In this document: positions 1 to 13,972 of the stretch, in pieces | Layout: each line of letters opens with the position of its first letter | How positions within the stretch are numbered: the stretch's first letter is position 1 | Source: Takakia lepidozioides | Lineage: Eukaryota > Plantae > Bryophyta | Assembly (NCBI GenBank): GCA_030704615.1 | Contig: CM060731.1 | Span: forward strand, 82,770,001-82,834,000 | Direction of reading: 5' to 3' | Length of the DNA: 64,000 nt | Made by a program: the position numbers and the translations under genes | Notes under the pieces: generated by a model | Seen by the model: the letters and a program-made list of their open reading frames with translations, nothing else | Databases searched by the model: none | What the model was told of the DNA's origin: nothing

Positions 1-875
1 TGAGTATTGTCTCGGCATACAAGTATCTAGAGATAGAAGAAAAAGAATAATTTATTTATCTCAAGAAAAGTATATACGAGATACACTTAAGAAATTCAAT
101 ATGGAATTATGTAAAGCTATCTCTACACCAATGGAACCAGGAAGTAAGCTTTCCAAGGAAATGACTCCTGAAAGTAAATCTGAGCAAGAGGAGATGGTAG
201 ATATTCCTTATTCGAGTGCTGTGGGCAGCCTGATGTACATTATGGTGTGTACACAACCCGACCTTGCTTTCCCTCTTGGAAAACAACATTGGCTTGCTAT
301 AAAACGGTTTTTTAGGTATCTTCAAGCCACTATAATTTTTGGACTTAGATACGGGATTCAAGTTGAGACTTCACCAGCAAACACTATTCAAGGATGGTGT
401 GACGTTGATTGGGCAGCAGATGTAGACAATCGTCGTTCTGTCTATATTTTGCATGAATGGAGGAGCGATATCGTGGCAAAGCAAGAAACAAGCCACTATA
501 GCTCTCTCGAGTACCGAGACAGAGTATATGGCTGCTGCACATGCAACTAAGGAGGCAATATGGCTTAGGCAGTTAATTAGTGGACTTGGATTCCCAAGCT
601 CAAAAGCTACGGTCTTATGTTGTGATAATCAGTCGTGTATAGCTTTGACAAAGAATCCTAGGTTTCACGATCGGTCAAAGCATATAGAACTTAGATATCA
701 CTTTATAAGAGAAAAAGTAAAAACTAGTCAGATAGAACTAGTTTACTATAGCACTAATGAGATGCTAGCTGATGCTTTAACTAAGGCTCTTCCGAAACCC
801 AAACATGAGTATTGCAGAGAGGCATTTGGAGTGCTTAGCTTTCAGAACATTTACTATCAGATTGACAAAGTCTAG
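1..875 (+). mobile_element. Ty1/copia retrotransposon pol 3' end (RT C-terminus + RNase H), frameshifted
   Basis: PYSSAVGSLMY, GWCDVDWAAD, ISWQSKKQ..ALSSTETEY, CDNQS, KHIELRYHFIRE and ADALTK motifs, split over ORFs 101-550 and 453-875. Confidence 0.95.
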
Positions 876-891
876 ATTATGGATAGATTAA

Positions 892-1542
892 CCCTTAAAC
901 GCCCAGTAGCCCGTTTTGGGCTTTTGGGTTTAAAAAAATCTAAATAACTTTTTGCATTCTCCATGGAATTGTGTGAAAAAAAAATATAGTGTTCTTGGGC
1001 ACCTGGCACACCAAGATTCATTGCCCGATTGCCTCGGATCTGCCAAGTTGCAAAGAGGTCTCATCACACAAGCAGGGGGGTCACGATTTGATAAAGGTAA
1101 TTCTCGTTGTTTCATTCTTCACATGTGTGTGAGAGAGGGAGAGAAACATGGGATTTTCCCAGGTTTGACCAAGTGGCAACATCACATGCATTGGCCAAAT
1201 TGGATACTTTTTGACTTGTTGGATGAGGGATCTCAAGAGGATGAAACCCTGCTAATTTCGCCTCAATCCCATTTGATCCGTCACTCAAATCTTTAAAAAA
1301 TTACCAAAAATGGATATGTTTATCAAAAAGGCCCCAATAATGGGGCCCACATTCAACGGTGGCATTTTGTGAATCTGGGGCTGATTGGCCTCAAATTTGG
1401 GAGGTGGATGCAGGAGGAAGGTACGCACCTAATGTGCGGTCAAGTTCTTTAAAAAGTTAATTTTCTGAAAGTTACACCTGTTTTTCACTTAAGGGGTCAT
1501 GTTTTCTGAAAAAGTCAAACTATGGCACTGGGCGTTTAAGGG
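892..1542. mobile_element. Non-autonomous piggyBac-like MITE (651 bp)
   Basis: Perfect 16-bp TIRs CCCTTAAACGCCCAGT (892-907) / ACTGGGCGTTTAAGGG (1527-1542); TTAA duplicated at 888-891 and 1543-1546; non-coding. Confidence 0.85.
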
Positions 1543-1546
1543 TTAA

Positions 1547-1833
1547 GGGGGAGTATTGAAATGATAGATAATCTCATCCATAATTCTAGATTTCATCTGA
1601 TATGGTGAATAGACACAACTCTTGAAGTATCAAGGATTAGGGTTACACTGATTGGTCAACTGGAAGGTTACAACGGTTACTTTGAACAGTTGTAGCTAAC
1701 TTCTTTGTCTTCTTCGTACAAAGAAGAAGTGTAATTATTATTACAGTAGAATATCTAGATCCATGTTTTTCCCCACTCTCTCTAATTACATGCAATGATG
1801 TATGAGAGTAGATCATGTGTAATTTGTTACACA
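1547..1833 (+). mobile_element. Copia polypurine tract (GGGGGAG) and probable 3' LTR
   Basis: Removing the MITE restores AGATTAAGGGGGAG-TATTG just after the pol stop. LTR right end is only estimated (...TTACACA). Confidence 0.5.
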
Positions 1834-2911
1834 TCCCTCTCCAATGCACATAATCAAGAGATGCAAAGACGGCCGATGAAATTTTCCATCTTCTGTAAAC
1901 ATGTGACGTCTATGTCCGCTGCACCCATGCCAATGGTAACACTAGGCTTCGATACTTCTCACTGTTCTTACGTTTTTCTTTTGCCCTCTCCTTTGCCCTC
2001 TCCTGACCACATGTTTCATCCGCACCATTTCCCATACCCTATCACGTCTTTGTACCCCTGCGTTACTATGGACCCCACTTACCTTGAATCACATCGAACA
2101 GCAGCAGCCAGCAACACCGGTTGCATCCGTCGAACACTAGTACTCAGCCGCAGTTGTACACTGTTATAATTGCTTTGTGTCATGTACTACTATACGGCCC
2201 TTCTGTTCACATCTCCTCTGTTCACATCTCCTTCCTGCCGAGCCCAACACACTTTGCAACCCCACCTTCCAAACAACTTTCAGCCCGCCTTCTACCTCCT
2301 TCTCGAAACCTCCATTAGATCGGACCTCACCACCTCGTCTTTACTTGTTGTGCTTGACATATGCCCTCTCGAATAATCTAATCCTACACCCCCTTACCTT
2401 GCGACTCCATTGGCTGCTCCATTGTTCTCCCTTCTTTCGACCTTTATGATTAGCCCCTATCATGATTTGGGACCCTTATTTTCAAACTTTAAGCCCGCCC
2501 AAAGGGCAACACCTCCTAGTTGAAAATACAAAAATTAACTGATTCATGAATACGTGTGCATCATATAAACACCAACAACCCAACCTACATACTAACTTAT
2601 GCTCTCATACAAGAACCCCGCACTTGGGACAAGAGCCCAAGAATTTCCGAAGTGCAACTCACGCGCTGTGGTGCCGCAAGAAGCAACAGCCCGAGCTCAT
2701 CACACGAGATAAGAGCGGGGCCTTCACAGACACGATGACAGCCACTTGTCATCTTCGGGCCACGTGTCCTGGAACTGTAGGGTCGAATCTAGTTTCGCCA
2801 TACTTTAGATGTTTCGCCGGAATTGATATGCGATTTTGTGACGACCAGGTTTTTGGCGAAACCAGTTGTGGATACCGGGTGGGTGGGCTGCTTGCGAGCT
2901 GGAAGTAGGCT

Positions 2912-5900
2912 ATGGCATCTTCACTGCTCTTGTGTCCTCTCGTTTCCACCACCGAAACCCACGCCTCGATCGCTCTCTCCGTGCCTTCACTGCTTCAGAG
3001 GAGGACTTCGCTTTCCTCTTGTCCATGTTTTGCACCTTTTATATGGCGGAATAATTCGTCTCCCTTTGTACAAGGGGGGTTTTCACGTACAGAGCTCAGG
3101 GTGGTGGAATGTCAACGTCCGTTCTTGGCCTCCGGATCTCTGCTTTTTATTTCTACGGTATTTCTATATTTCCTCAATCTGTCAAAGCTAGCACGAGAGG
3201 TGTTTTTGCATGTGGCAGCTCAGGATTAAGCCTGCTGTTATTGAGATTGTACTAGTAATCCATTGCTGGGAGAATGTTGAATGTGTGGCGTAAGTTCAAA
3301 TAACTTCTGTTTGAAGTTCTCCATTATGAACTTCGAATGCATTATGGCAGCCCCTCGTGCCAACGCTCTCAAAGGGGTCCAGTTGGTTAGATTGATGGTA
3401 GATATTTAAGGGAGAGAAGTAGTGAAGCCAATTACCATTTGTCAATTGAGTCGGTTTCTCCAGATGTTTCTGTGTTCGGCAGTTGGTGCAAAATTGCAAT
3501 GGCAAGATCTTGTTACATGCCTGGTCTCGATTAGTGCTGCATGCGTATTTAGAGCCTTTCAGCAAATTTTGTGAAGTGATGGGTCTCTGGACGACATCCA
3601 AATTTGGGGGTCCTCAACTCGAGACATGTGACGAGAAAAGGTTCGACTCGATAGATTTAGCTTGTTGTATGCAATGGGAAACTTGGTTTTCTTTGGTTAA
3701 TAATCTTGCTGCTCTAGTTTCTGTGGAAGCATCGCCAATAGAGGCACCTGCTGACGCTAAAGTTAAACTCACGAAAATGCAGCATCATAAGAGTCAGCAG
3801 ACGGAATGTAGTAATGACACTGCAACATTTCTGATTGCAAATGCGGTCATTTTCCGTTGTTCGATTCTCAAGAGTTCACCATCTTCAATTTCCGCCCACA
3901 TCGTTGTCCAAAATTTCAAGAAGTGACATGAACAATCAGAAAGTTGGTATAGTTCCTGCCTGTCAGACATGGCCGTCTGCTATCTGAGCTTCACGATCTC
4001 AATAGAAATGCCTGACTGGGCGACACTCCAGAACCAACTGGTTTCTCCTGCATGTACTCCAAGGTTTGGTTCTCGTTTTAGTTGAGCAGCCTTAATATTG
4101 GGGGTGTAAAGGTTCTAATGTACTGGGAGTGTGCAAGTAAATGCAGGATAGTAGCTGGTCAGCTTTTGCCAAAGCAGAAGCAAGTAACAGCTCCACCTCA
4201 AGTTCTAGCAATGCCGGGAAGACCGTGTTTGTAGCTGGTGCAACAGGTGGCACAGGCAAACGCATTGTGACAGAATTGCTGGCGAAGGGCTTTGATGTGC
4301 GAGCTGGGGTCCGTGACATAGGGAAGGCTAAGGCTTCTTTTCCCAGCAGTGCCAACCTTGAGTTTGTGAGTTCTCCGAATTCTCTAGTCATGGGACTGTT
4401 TTCAGTTTTAGCGTAATGGCTATGAACCCCAGACCCAGTTTCACCGACTAGAACAAGGGATTGGTTGTGAGGAGATGTGCTCGTTAGTGCAATTCTTTGC
4501 TGTTACAGATAGGAGGATTTGCAGCCGTCAATGCAGAGATTACCCCTCATGGTTGCATAAAAAGCTCAGAGTGCAACTACTGTAGCTCTCCCACAGCCTA
4601 TTGCCTCCCATTGGTGGGAAAAGAGAATTATCATATGTAGCCTTTGGAAATATGAAACATGGGGTGAAGAGCAATTTGAAATAGTTGCTGGTTTAAAGAG
4701 AGATTCTTGTCTGTATGTGTGGAGCTAAGTTGGCCTTTTGGGAGCTGCTTGCTGGTAACGTAGCCATTTAAAATCCCGCAGATAGGGATTTCATGCTCTT
4801 CAGCTAGTCTGTAATGCCTGCATCATATCCACCCCGCACCGTTAAAATCCTGCAACTGAATAGCATAGCATAGCTCCTGGTTAGGTGAGTTTGAAAAACT
4901 TTGCCCAGGTTGGCAAAGCCATCCTTTTTCCACACCAATGTTCTGAAACAAAGGATGGGGTCGATGTGTCAAGGTGCTGGCAGATGTGACTCAAAGTGGG
5001 GACTTGCTTGCAAAAGCCATTGGTGGTGTGGATGCTGTGATTGTTGCCACAGGATTCAGGCCTTCTTTCGACCTCGTAGCGTCATGGAAGGTACCCCTTC
5101 CTCGTTGTCTCTCCCTATCTTAGTTGCTCAAAGAACTTTTAGCAGGATCCAGCAAAACCTGGCCTTATTTGTGATCTGTGAAAGAGCTTCATGCTTCGGA
5201 ACTGCTCATTTATCCAGATGATGGAGCAGTTTGTACATGTCGATTCAGCGGCCATTGCTGGGGATCTTATGCCATGGGTTGCTTTGAAATATTTAGTGCT
5301 ACATGGATGAATTCAAAGTAAAGACAAACTACCACCTCATATCTGACAAAACCCACCACTCTCACTGCCCATCACCCACACTAGGCACTTAGATGGTCAA
5401 GGCAGTCCCAAGAGAAGAGATGGTTAAATTGTCACTGTACAGGGCAATTTTTCTTGCAGGTAGACAATTGGGGGACGAGGAATGTGGTGGATGCTTGTAT
5501 GAAGAATGGAGTCAAAAAGCTTGTGCTGGTGAGTTCAATCCTTGTTAATGGGGCAGCTATTGGGCAGGTCCTTAACCCTGCCTATATAGTGCTCAACATC
5601 TTTGGACTCACGCTCATTGCAAAGCTCCAAGCAGAGAACTACATCAAGAAGTCAGGCATTGACTATACGATCATCAGACCTGGAGGGCTTAAGAACGATC
5701 CACCAAGTGACAACATTCTGTTATCTCGCGAGGTTTGACAACATTTTCTGTTCCTTTTCTGTCTTGTTCGTGAATATTTCTCTTCTATTCAGTTTCTCAT
5801 GCATGGGCGGTAACCCTCTTTTAGGTCTGACTAGAAATGGTAGACTTCTTGATTGGATTATAAGATGTTGCTGGAGTTTCTGTGTGAGTGACTCCCTAGT

Positions 5901-6276
5901 AGTGCCATTTTCGTGGAAACCTCTGAGCATCTCTCACAAGCTTCTGCACCAATTGTGCCATTTGGGAGCATGGAAAAAACGTTACTATAGTATTACTCTT
6001 GCCGGGCCATTATACAAACTTAACAATAATAGATCCCCTGCAGGTTCTGGTTTCTGATTGATCATCATCTATGACTGAACATTATCATACAGAGAAAAGT
6101 TCAATGTCGCTTGGCAGGACACACTTTTCCAAGGCAGCGTATCACGCGACTCTGTTGCACAGGTTGCAGTTGCAGCTCTCAACATCCCAGAAGCGTCATA
6201 CAAGGTGGTGGAGCTCATAGCAACTCCTGATGCTCCTGAGAAACTTGTGCAGGAGCTCTTTGCAGCATTAGCTTGA
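2912..6276 (+). CDS. NAD(P)-binding Rossmann-fold (SDR/NmrA-like) protein, probably chloroplastic, At2g34460-like
   Basis: Exons ~2912-3100 (transit-peptide-like, boundary uncertain), 4147-4365 (VFVAGATGGTG), ~4973-5090, 5460-5732 (IIRPGGL), ~6118-6276; GT-AG introns; stop TGA 6274-6276. Confidence 0.88.
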
Positions 6277-7332
6277 GGCAGCTTAGTGAAGTCCCTTATC
6301 ACCAAAATAAAAACAGATTTTTGACATGCTTGAGTTTCCATGGAGATGGAGGAAACCAACTGCTCTTGCCAGATGACACGCATCGTCCATACCCCACAAT
6401 ATTGGGGAAAGTTTGTCCTACCTACTTCGGCAGTTTGTTCACAGGGTCACTGCAGTTGTATACCTTCTTTTTAACCAGTTTTCCGTATTTCACCCCAAGG
6501 GACTACTTTCTAGGACTACACCCTGCAGATAGAAATCACTCAGCCCATTCCGGGGTGTTCAAAGTAGTGTGTCACACCCAATCAGCATAATGCAAGTTTA
6601 TTCACAGCTGGATGCACATAGCCCATGGACTTGTTTGGGACTAGAATGATACATCTTTGTCTCTACAGGGCCTTCCTCTACCCCCTTCATTCCCTCACCC
6701 TCTCCCCCTCTGCATGATATTATAGTAAGTAGTATTGCAATACATCGCATGCATTTAGAATGTATTGAAATGGGAGATCCTGTACAAAAGAAAGGAAGAC
6801 AATATTGCACTCACACAGGGGGCCAAACACCAAATTTTTCAACATTCGCAACTCAGGATCAAAAGGCCCAACAATTGACAAAGACATTCAATTATAAATC
6901 CATTTGGACAGTCAACCGCGAGCCTACTGCCCAACACACACATTCTGCTAATGTACATACTCGGCTTTCTCACCCAGTTTTGTAATTTCTGTAAAGAACT
7001 ATTGTTACACAGTATGTTAAATGTTAACATGCTTTGTGTCACTTTTTCAATCTAATTTCGTGATCAGTCTTATCCAAAAAGGTAGAATCAAATCCGTTGT
7101 TTTAAGTCATGGGAACAGTTGAAAATCGTCATGGACCAGAGATGAGCAGGCAGAGCCAAATTCAGTCGCTGGCTGACGCAGTCGGTATTACAAATTTGGG
7201 GATCTCTCGTTGGCTGGTCTCACCAATATGGTACAGGTACAGAAATTTTGAAAAGATATTGTGTTTGGAAGTAAGAAAATAAAAAGACGGACTTCAAAGC
7301 CAGAGTGGTAGAGAGAGAGGGAGAGGAATAAG

Positions 7333-10300
7333 TTATATAGCGTGCATGGTGATAGCATTCATCTTCCAAACGTCGATGCTGCGCACTGTGACAGGAGTTG
7401 TGGCATTGTTGAAGAGGAAGAGGTGTGCTTTACTGTCTATGGCCATTGTAGGATACACACGAGAGGTGATGGCCATCCTCCCACCTTGCACAAAGCTCTC
7501 AACTATGGAACTATCGACCTGATAACAACCAGATTACTTGTCAGTTGCCTGCAGGCCTGGCCAATCCAACCCCATGCGCCCAATTGAAAGAGACAACAAG
7601 GACATGCGAGGTCGGAAGCAAGACTTACAAGAACGCGTACAGACAGAAAACTTTCGGTGGGTAGAATTTGTACGTAACTCCCAAGCACTGTAGTGTCGAT
7701 GTCAGACAACAAAGAGGATCTGCACATGCACACGCCTTCATTTGATATTTGTCTACCTTGTATGAGTAATGCTTGAACAGAGACGCGAATTTGAGTTAGT
7801 AGCTATGTCCATTGTTTCCTATTTCCTGGAGATTACTTGGGTGAATAGTTGTCCTTGTCTCATTGAGGCGCTTCCCCTTTGCCCTGCCTCTCCCCCCCTC
7901 CTCTCTGTAAAGCTTCCCAACGTGAGATAGTTAAATATGTTTTTGAGCTCCAGTGGAAGAGAGGTTCTGAAGCTGGAGAAGTTGTCATACCTACTGTGGT
8001 CGCTGCAAAATTGTGTAGCCCACCGACCGTCTCTGGAACGGAAAATGTAAAAGTACAACGCGGTCTGCTCCCTGAATCCATCATCCGCTAGGACGAGCAG
8101 CCCAAAGGGTCCGTACGTACCCCGCCTAGCTGAACCTCCTTGAATACACTGGGAGTGCTCATTCCAGTTGCTGGCATCGTCAATCTCTGTGGATAAATTT
8201 GGGTAATCAAATACGAGCTCGATGTCCAACTGCACACGCAACCCATTCCAGCATCGAGAAGCCGTTACTAATTGGACGCCCTGCATTGCGTTAATTTATT
8301 GGATGTGTCCAGACACACCTGAAACGTGATGGCGTTCAGGCTGCATATATTGGGTGTGATGCAGGTATATATTTCCAAACTTTTGGTAAAGTTTCGAGTG
8401 TTTTCTCTTTGCTATTTATGGTTGTTGTGAACACAAGCTTTGGGGCGTTCCTTGAACGTTATACTTAGATTTCTTCTTTCTTCTTTCTGAGCTCACCTGG
8501 GCTCCTGTGGCACCGTCGACTTTCATTACTGCACCTGGCTCCAGCATCACTGCCTTTTGAGCGACTTTGCTTCCCCGTAAGGCATTTACTTCCTGGATGG
8601 GAGCTTGAAGTACATTGGACCCTGTGTCGCTGTCGAGCCAGATTGTCCTCGGGATTGCCTGCCAATACTCACAATTCGAAATCATCAAACCCTCAGAAAG
8701 TACCGCTTCCAGCTGTTTGGTCCATCATTGGGCCACCAGTACATTGATTAATATGATGACCGTGCAACCTGGCTCAGAGCCGATTCTAGTAGGGATCAGA
8801 GCAGCAAATATAAATTGTAAATCAGACAATCCGATGTACAAATCTGCTTTGAAGAGAACTTCCTTGAGAGATGAAGCTCACCTGGACAGATGCCCAGCCT
8901 TTTGCTATGTCCTGTGCTTCACTGTCGGATTCATTGGCCCATCCCCACAAGATTCTGCGCTGCCTGACGGGGTCAAAAAATGTCTTTGATGCATAGATCT
9001 TCCCATAGTCTACTCGCCATCCAATCCCGGCGTCGAGCGCAGGGTTGTCAGGTACGAATGTATGCGAAAGAGTGTTGTAGGTTCCCAATGCATAGTAGTC
9101 ATGCTTATCATCGTCTAAGCTCACTTTCAGCATATGTTTAGTGGATGGTCCGTTGGATGGCATCTCAACGGCCGGCTGGCCAGGAGGAGATACTGGAAAG
9201 AAGTCCACACACTCCCACATTCCAGTGGCGGGAACTGCGTGTAAGATATTATGTTCTAATTCCCAATGTATCAGGTCATCACTCTTGTACAGCAAAGCCA
9301 GCCCAGTTGTGCCCAATTTGGCTCCCACTGTCATTCTCCAGCTGCCATCATCCTCCAACCATGCAGTTGTTGGGTCCCTGAAATCCTTCTTGTCGATCCC
9401 TGGCGGGTGTCTAATAAGGGGGTTTTCAGGGACTTTAACCCACTTGCGAAGGAGAGGATCAGAAGGATCTGCTGGGATGGCCATGTTTTGCACCTGCTCA
9501 GATGTGTTGGACGACCCTGTTCACAGTACACGAGTATAGTTGTTGCTGGTAAGTTTTGGGAGAAGTGAACATCTAAACGATGAGGAGAGGATCAAGCTGG
9601 TGAATGGGTTAAGACCATGCAAAAACTGTCACCTGACCCATATAATCTCCTGTTCTTCTCTGATCCACATCCAGGCAAACTTCTTCAAATGACTACAGTT
9701 GTCGTTTGTAGTTTAGAAGCCATGTTGTACAGTGGAGAACATTATGAAAGGGCCCCTGGTAATTGGAGATGGTCAATGAAGTCTAAAACGTCTTTAAAAA
9801 TTGCCATTTGGCTATCAATGCTACTTAGATGTCCAGACCCAAACTTGCCTGTGTAGATAATGATAGGGGTGCCATCCTGAAGCATGGTGACCGAACCTGA
9901 CCACACCCCTTGAAGGTCGTACCACTGATCAGGCAGCAAAGCAGTCTCCAGATAGAGCCACTGGATGAGATCGGTGGAGACAGCATGGCCCCATGTAATG
10001 TTGCCCCACACAGCTCCATCTGGGTTATACTGGTAGAAAAAGTGGTAGTAACCCTTGTAGTACATAGGCCCTGCACACCATTGAAGAACATGGTGTTAGT
10101 CTGTTCAGAGCACTAGGGAAACTGTTTCTTAAGCACATTCATTCCCCAAGTGTTCTCGACTTCTGATGGTCTAACAACCAAGAAGAAAAGAGGTCAATGA
10201 TGCGTGGTTGAAGGCCGAAGTTTTTGGCCAAACAACTATCTTCAAGTTGATCTTTTTCCCCAACCGGTTCATGAAGATTTAGTGGTCGATTCATCTTCTC

Positions 10301-12037
10301 CTTTGAAGTTTGCGGTTTTGTACAAATGCTCAACAAAGGGCGGAAAAAAAAAAAGAAAGTCAAGAAATTGCACATGATCTTCTGAAACGTATCAATTTGG
10401 ACTTTGACCACTCTCTCACTAGTGCACATGCTTTCAGGCACTTGACAAATGCTACTTAATGTAAATTGTAGCTATCTAGAATGCCCAATATACAAACATC
10501 TATTTCTCTTTCAGATGTCAGTGTCAACGCAAGGGTTCCTGAGACCTGGCAAACTAGGAATCACGGAGGTCCCAGGTAGTGTCAAACTAAGAGCTCTAAG
10601 AGCCTCCCTGCCCACTTCCCTGTTGAGCATTTAAATCATTGGATGCCGAGATTGAGAACTGTAGAGGGCTGGGATTCCCCTTGCTCCCTCTACAGTTTCT
10701 CTTGAACATCAAAATACGTACTTATGTGGATAGGGGTGGATGATGAAGATCACTAACCATTAGGATCTGAATGTAAAGCCAGGTTGAAGCATCCACAGTC
10801 GACAGCAGTTGCAGCAGACACAGAGATCACGAGTGAAAAAAACCCAAAGTTAGTATATGTTGAGTCATTCATGTTCTCTTTCAAGCTCCCTCCAGGACAA
10901 CCAACTTTGTAAAACTTTACTAATATTGGAACAGCATAAAATCCCTCCGTTGAAACAACTAACAGAAAGGAGGCAGAAAGGAGCCTCGCCAGTGCAACAA
11001 GGCTGCCAAGTTTCCAAATATGGAAGAGGGTTTACAGCAATCAGTTCAAGTTAGCAACTGCGTATATAGATCATAACAACATTCGCGCTTAAGACTCAAT
11101 AGACTGCAGCCAGAGAGCGACGTGAAACAAGCTACAGCTTGGGTAAAGACTTGGATAGCAAACTGCTGATGTTCACAAGGCTCGCAAAACGAATTGCAGT
11201 TCCCATCGGAGGACCAAGCGCAGTTGAACACTCATAGATTTCGTACTTGTAACCGGGAGTGCAACGAGCATTTCTTTCCAGGATTCAAGGATGCGTGCAC
11301 ATGCACAGGTATACGACGACAGCATTCCGACGACAAAACTTCACAGGTCTCACTTATAAAGCACATCAGATGTGTGAAACACTGACTGACCACAGATTTT
11401 CAGCATCCAGTGTCTTCAAACTAGCTCGAAACTAGCCCATCTCTTTCTTCCAGCCCACACATGCAACCAGCTACGTTCACCGACGCGAGATCTACACGCA
11501 TAACTCAAAATAACTTCACAGTGCTGATGCACTGGATTTTGAGGTGATGTTCAGTTCTCTTACATTCCTCCAAGCTAAAGGTTACTGACGGATCTAGAGA
11601 ACTTTGAGTACAGAATGTTTGAATAAATGAGTTGCCAGGTCCGACCACTGACCGTTCATCCAGTTTTTCTCAGGCTGGAAATGAAACGATGTGCGGTGAG
11701 GCTCCTTGACTTTTCCCTGTGAAGCATCGGCCCCTTCCCCACCGACCGTATGACGTCTGAGAGCAGCGCTTCTGGTCAGAGCCTCGGGAGCAATGCTCGA
11801 ACACACGTACAAAATGGCAGCGACGCAGCAGAGCGACAGCAAGATCAGTGCGTTCCGCCTCTTCCAGAACGCTCCTACAGATCTATCTTCCGAATCTGTT
11901 ACAGACGGGAAGCCTGGCAATGCGACATAGTCTGAAGCATGACCTCCGCTCTGGCTTGGCGCTTGAGCAGAACTTGGACCTTCATCACTCTCGACGATAA
12001 TGTCGTCGGTCACATTTATTCTCTCAAGCGAAGCCAT
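7333..12037 (-). CDS. Acid (vacuolar-type) beta-fructofuranosidase / invertase, GH32
   Basis: Exons 12037-11653 (N-terminal [12 protein letters not shown]), 10766-10758 (micro-exon completing NDPNG), 10070-9849 (WSGS), 9516-8882 (FRDP, WECVD), 8658-8497, ~8229-7991, ~7719-7630, ~7522-7333 (SIVESF). Confidence 0.95.
10758..10766 (-). other. 9-bp micro-exon ATCCTAATG of the invertase
   Basis: cag|ATCCTAATG|gttagt on the minus strand; joins exon 1 (..AAC G) and exon 3 (GG CCT) to give WMNDPNGP. Confidence 0.93.
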
Positions 12038-12138
12038 AAATTCTCAGATTGACTGCGCTCTTCTCCGTTCAGCAATCTTCCAGGATGGCAGACACACACC
12101 AGCATTCAGTCCCGAGGAACAAAAGAAGAGACTTTGAC

Positions 12139-12142
<4 letters not shown>

Positions 12143-12174
<32 letters not shown>
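12143..12174. repeat. (GA)n microsatellite in the invertase 5' region
   Basis: ~16 GA units. Confidence 0.9.
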
Positions 12175-12177
<3 letters not shown>

Positions 12178-13423
12178 AGGACGGGGCTAGGAAGAGCTTA
12201 AAAATGGGAGGGAGCCTTGAGATCAGGAGTTAGAAGAGTGGACAAGCACATGCGAAGCCGCTTCACCCCGAGATCAAAGAGAAAGCAAGCAGCACAGACA
12301 GCCAAAGAGGTCTAACACACACAATCCTCGCCGTCTGCAGGCCACAAGCTCCGTGAAATAGTACGGGGCCCTCCAATGGGCTCGCTGCAATCACCGCCCC
12401 CTTCTTGTACCCCTCCGTATACGTTTGTACGCACCCCCGTCCGTCTACCGCTACCGTCCGTCAACACTCCCGTCCGCCCCGGCTACGAGAAGGCTGTACG
12501 GCGGGGGCATACACTTTTTTACGACGGGAATTTTGAAGCGTGTATTCGACATGTGGGCAGGGCCTTATTCGCAGAGCGGGGTGAATGCGAACAAGAGAAG
12601 CAGCTCCAAAAGCCCAGGTTGGTGTGGCTGGGAATCTCGGTCTCGCATGGCGACGGTCCCACCCCCGCTTAAATTCTGGCCTCTTGCAGAGCCGCGAGAG
12701 AGAAGGTAGGATCTGGTGGGCAACTCGGGAATAAAGCAAACCAAATCTCGCAGAAAGCGGTCGGCGAGTAGCTGCAGCCTGGCTGCAAGGGGAGGGTAAA
12801 TGGCCTTCATATCCGGTTGCTTTGAGATGCAGCCATGTTCATTGTTTATCTCTCTAAAAATCGTGAGGCAAGTTGATGAGGGTCTGGAATCGTATCCCAT
12901 TAGTTATTTGTGGCCGGTAGAACCCGTTACCCTTTGATGCTGGGCGAGTTTCCCCCTTTTCTCCAGACTTGGGTAGGAGGGATGATTGAATTCAAAGGAA
13001 GGGCCAACATGCTGGGCTTTCATAACTTAGATTTTAGAGGACTAGAAAACATAAAAAGACGAGTGCCATAGGAGGGGGAAAGTCAAAAGAAAGGTGCCCA
13101 GTGAAAGTGTGGGACAGCGGAGCTGTCATGCTTATCTTGGGCAGCACAAAACATGACACACTGTTTAAAGCTTTCGCGGATAAAAAGTCCTCAGACAATG
13201 CGCACGTGTGGGATAGATTGATTGCAAGTGAGGGAAATTCCCGAGGTCGAGGTGAAATGTGAGGGAGCCTGAAAAGTGGGTGGATTACAGTTATCGGTCA
13301 AGAGTTTCAATTGCTGACAGCTGGATCCGCGCAGGAGGAGCAAGCCTATGTACTCCAAACTACAAACCTCCTCGTACTTACATGCACAAACAACATAATT
13401 ACATTGAATTGTGAGGTACCTAT

Positions 13424-13972
13424 CAGTGTTGGACTGGTATCGTATTTTGAACACACCAGGCTGGTACTGGTATATAGGCCTCCGGCCAATTGTGATACCA
13501 GGGAGGTATTGGTATTGGCAATATCTGATATTTTGATACCATGGTGGTATCAATAATACCTGATAGGTGTGGTGTTTTACGTGTATCAATAGCAAGAGTT
13601 TTTTGAAATTGATACCAGGGTATTATCAACACTAGTCTGGTATCAGAAAGACTCATGATATGTTAAATTTTGAACTCATATAAATGTGTACAAGCGCGCT
13701 TCTCATTGATTGTATTCCTCAAGGTATTCCTCAAGTTCCTCAAAGTATTGATACCAGGTTTACCTCACAAAAATGGATCTGGTATGGGTATCACGTACCA
13801 AATTTTCAACCACCTACCAGACTGGTAGGTAGTATTAGGAAGCAGATACCAGGCCAATACGGGTATATGCTAGGTAGTGGCCTGAGGTGATACCATACTG
13901 GTCTGGTACTTCATACCAGTATACATACCAGTATTGAGACCAGTTTCTTATCGGTATACCAGTCCAACACTG
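13424..13972. mobile_element. hAT-type MITE (549 bp)
   Basis: 17-bp TIR CAGTGTTGGACTGGTAT / ATACCAGTCCAACACTG; 8-bp TSD GTACCTAT/GTACCGAT (7/8 match); many internal TGGTAT/ATACCA motifs. Confidence 0.88.
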
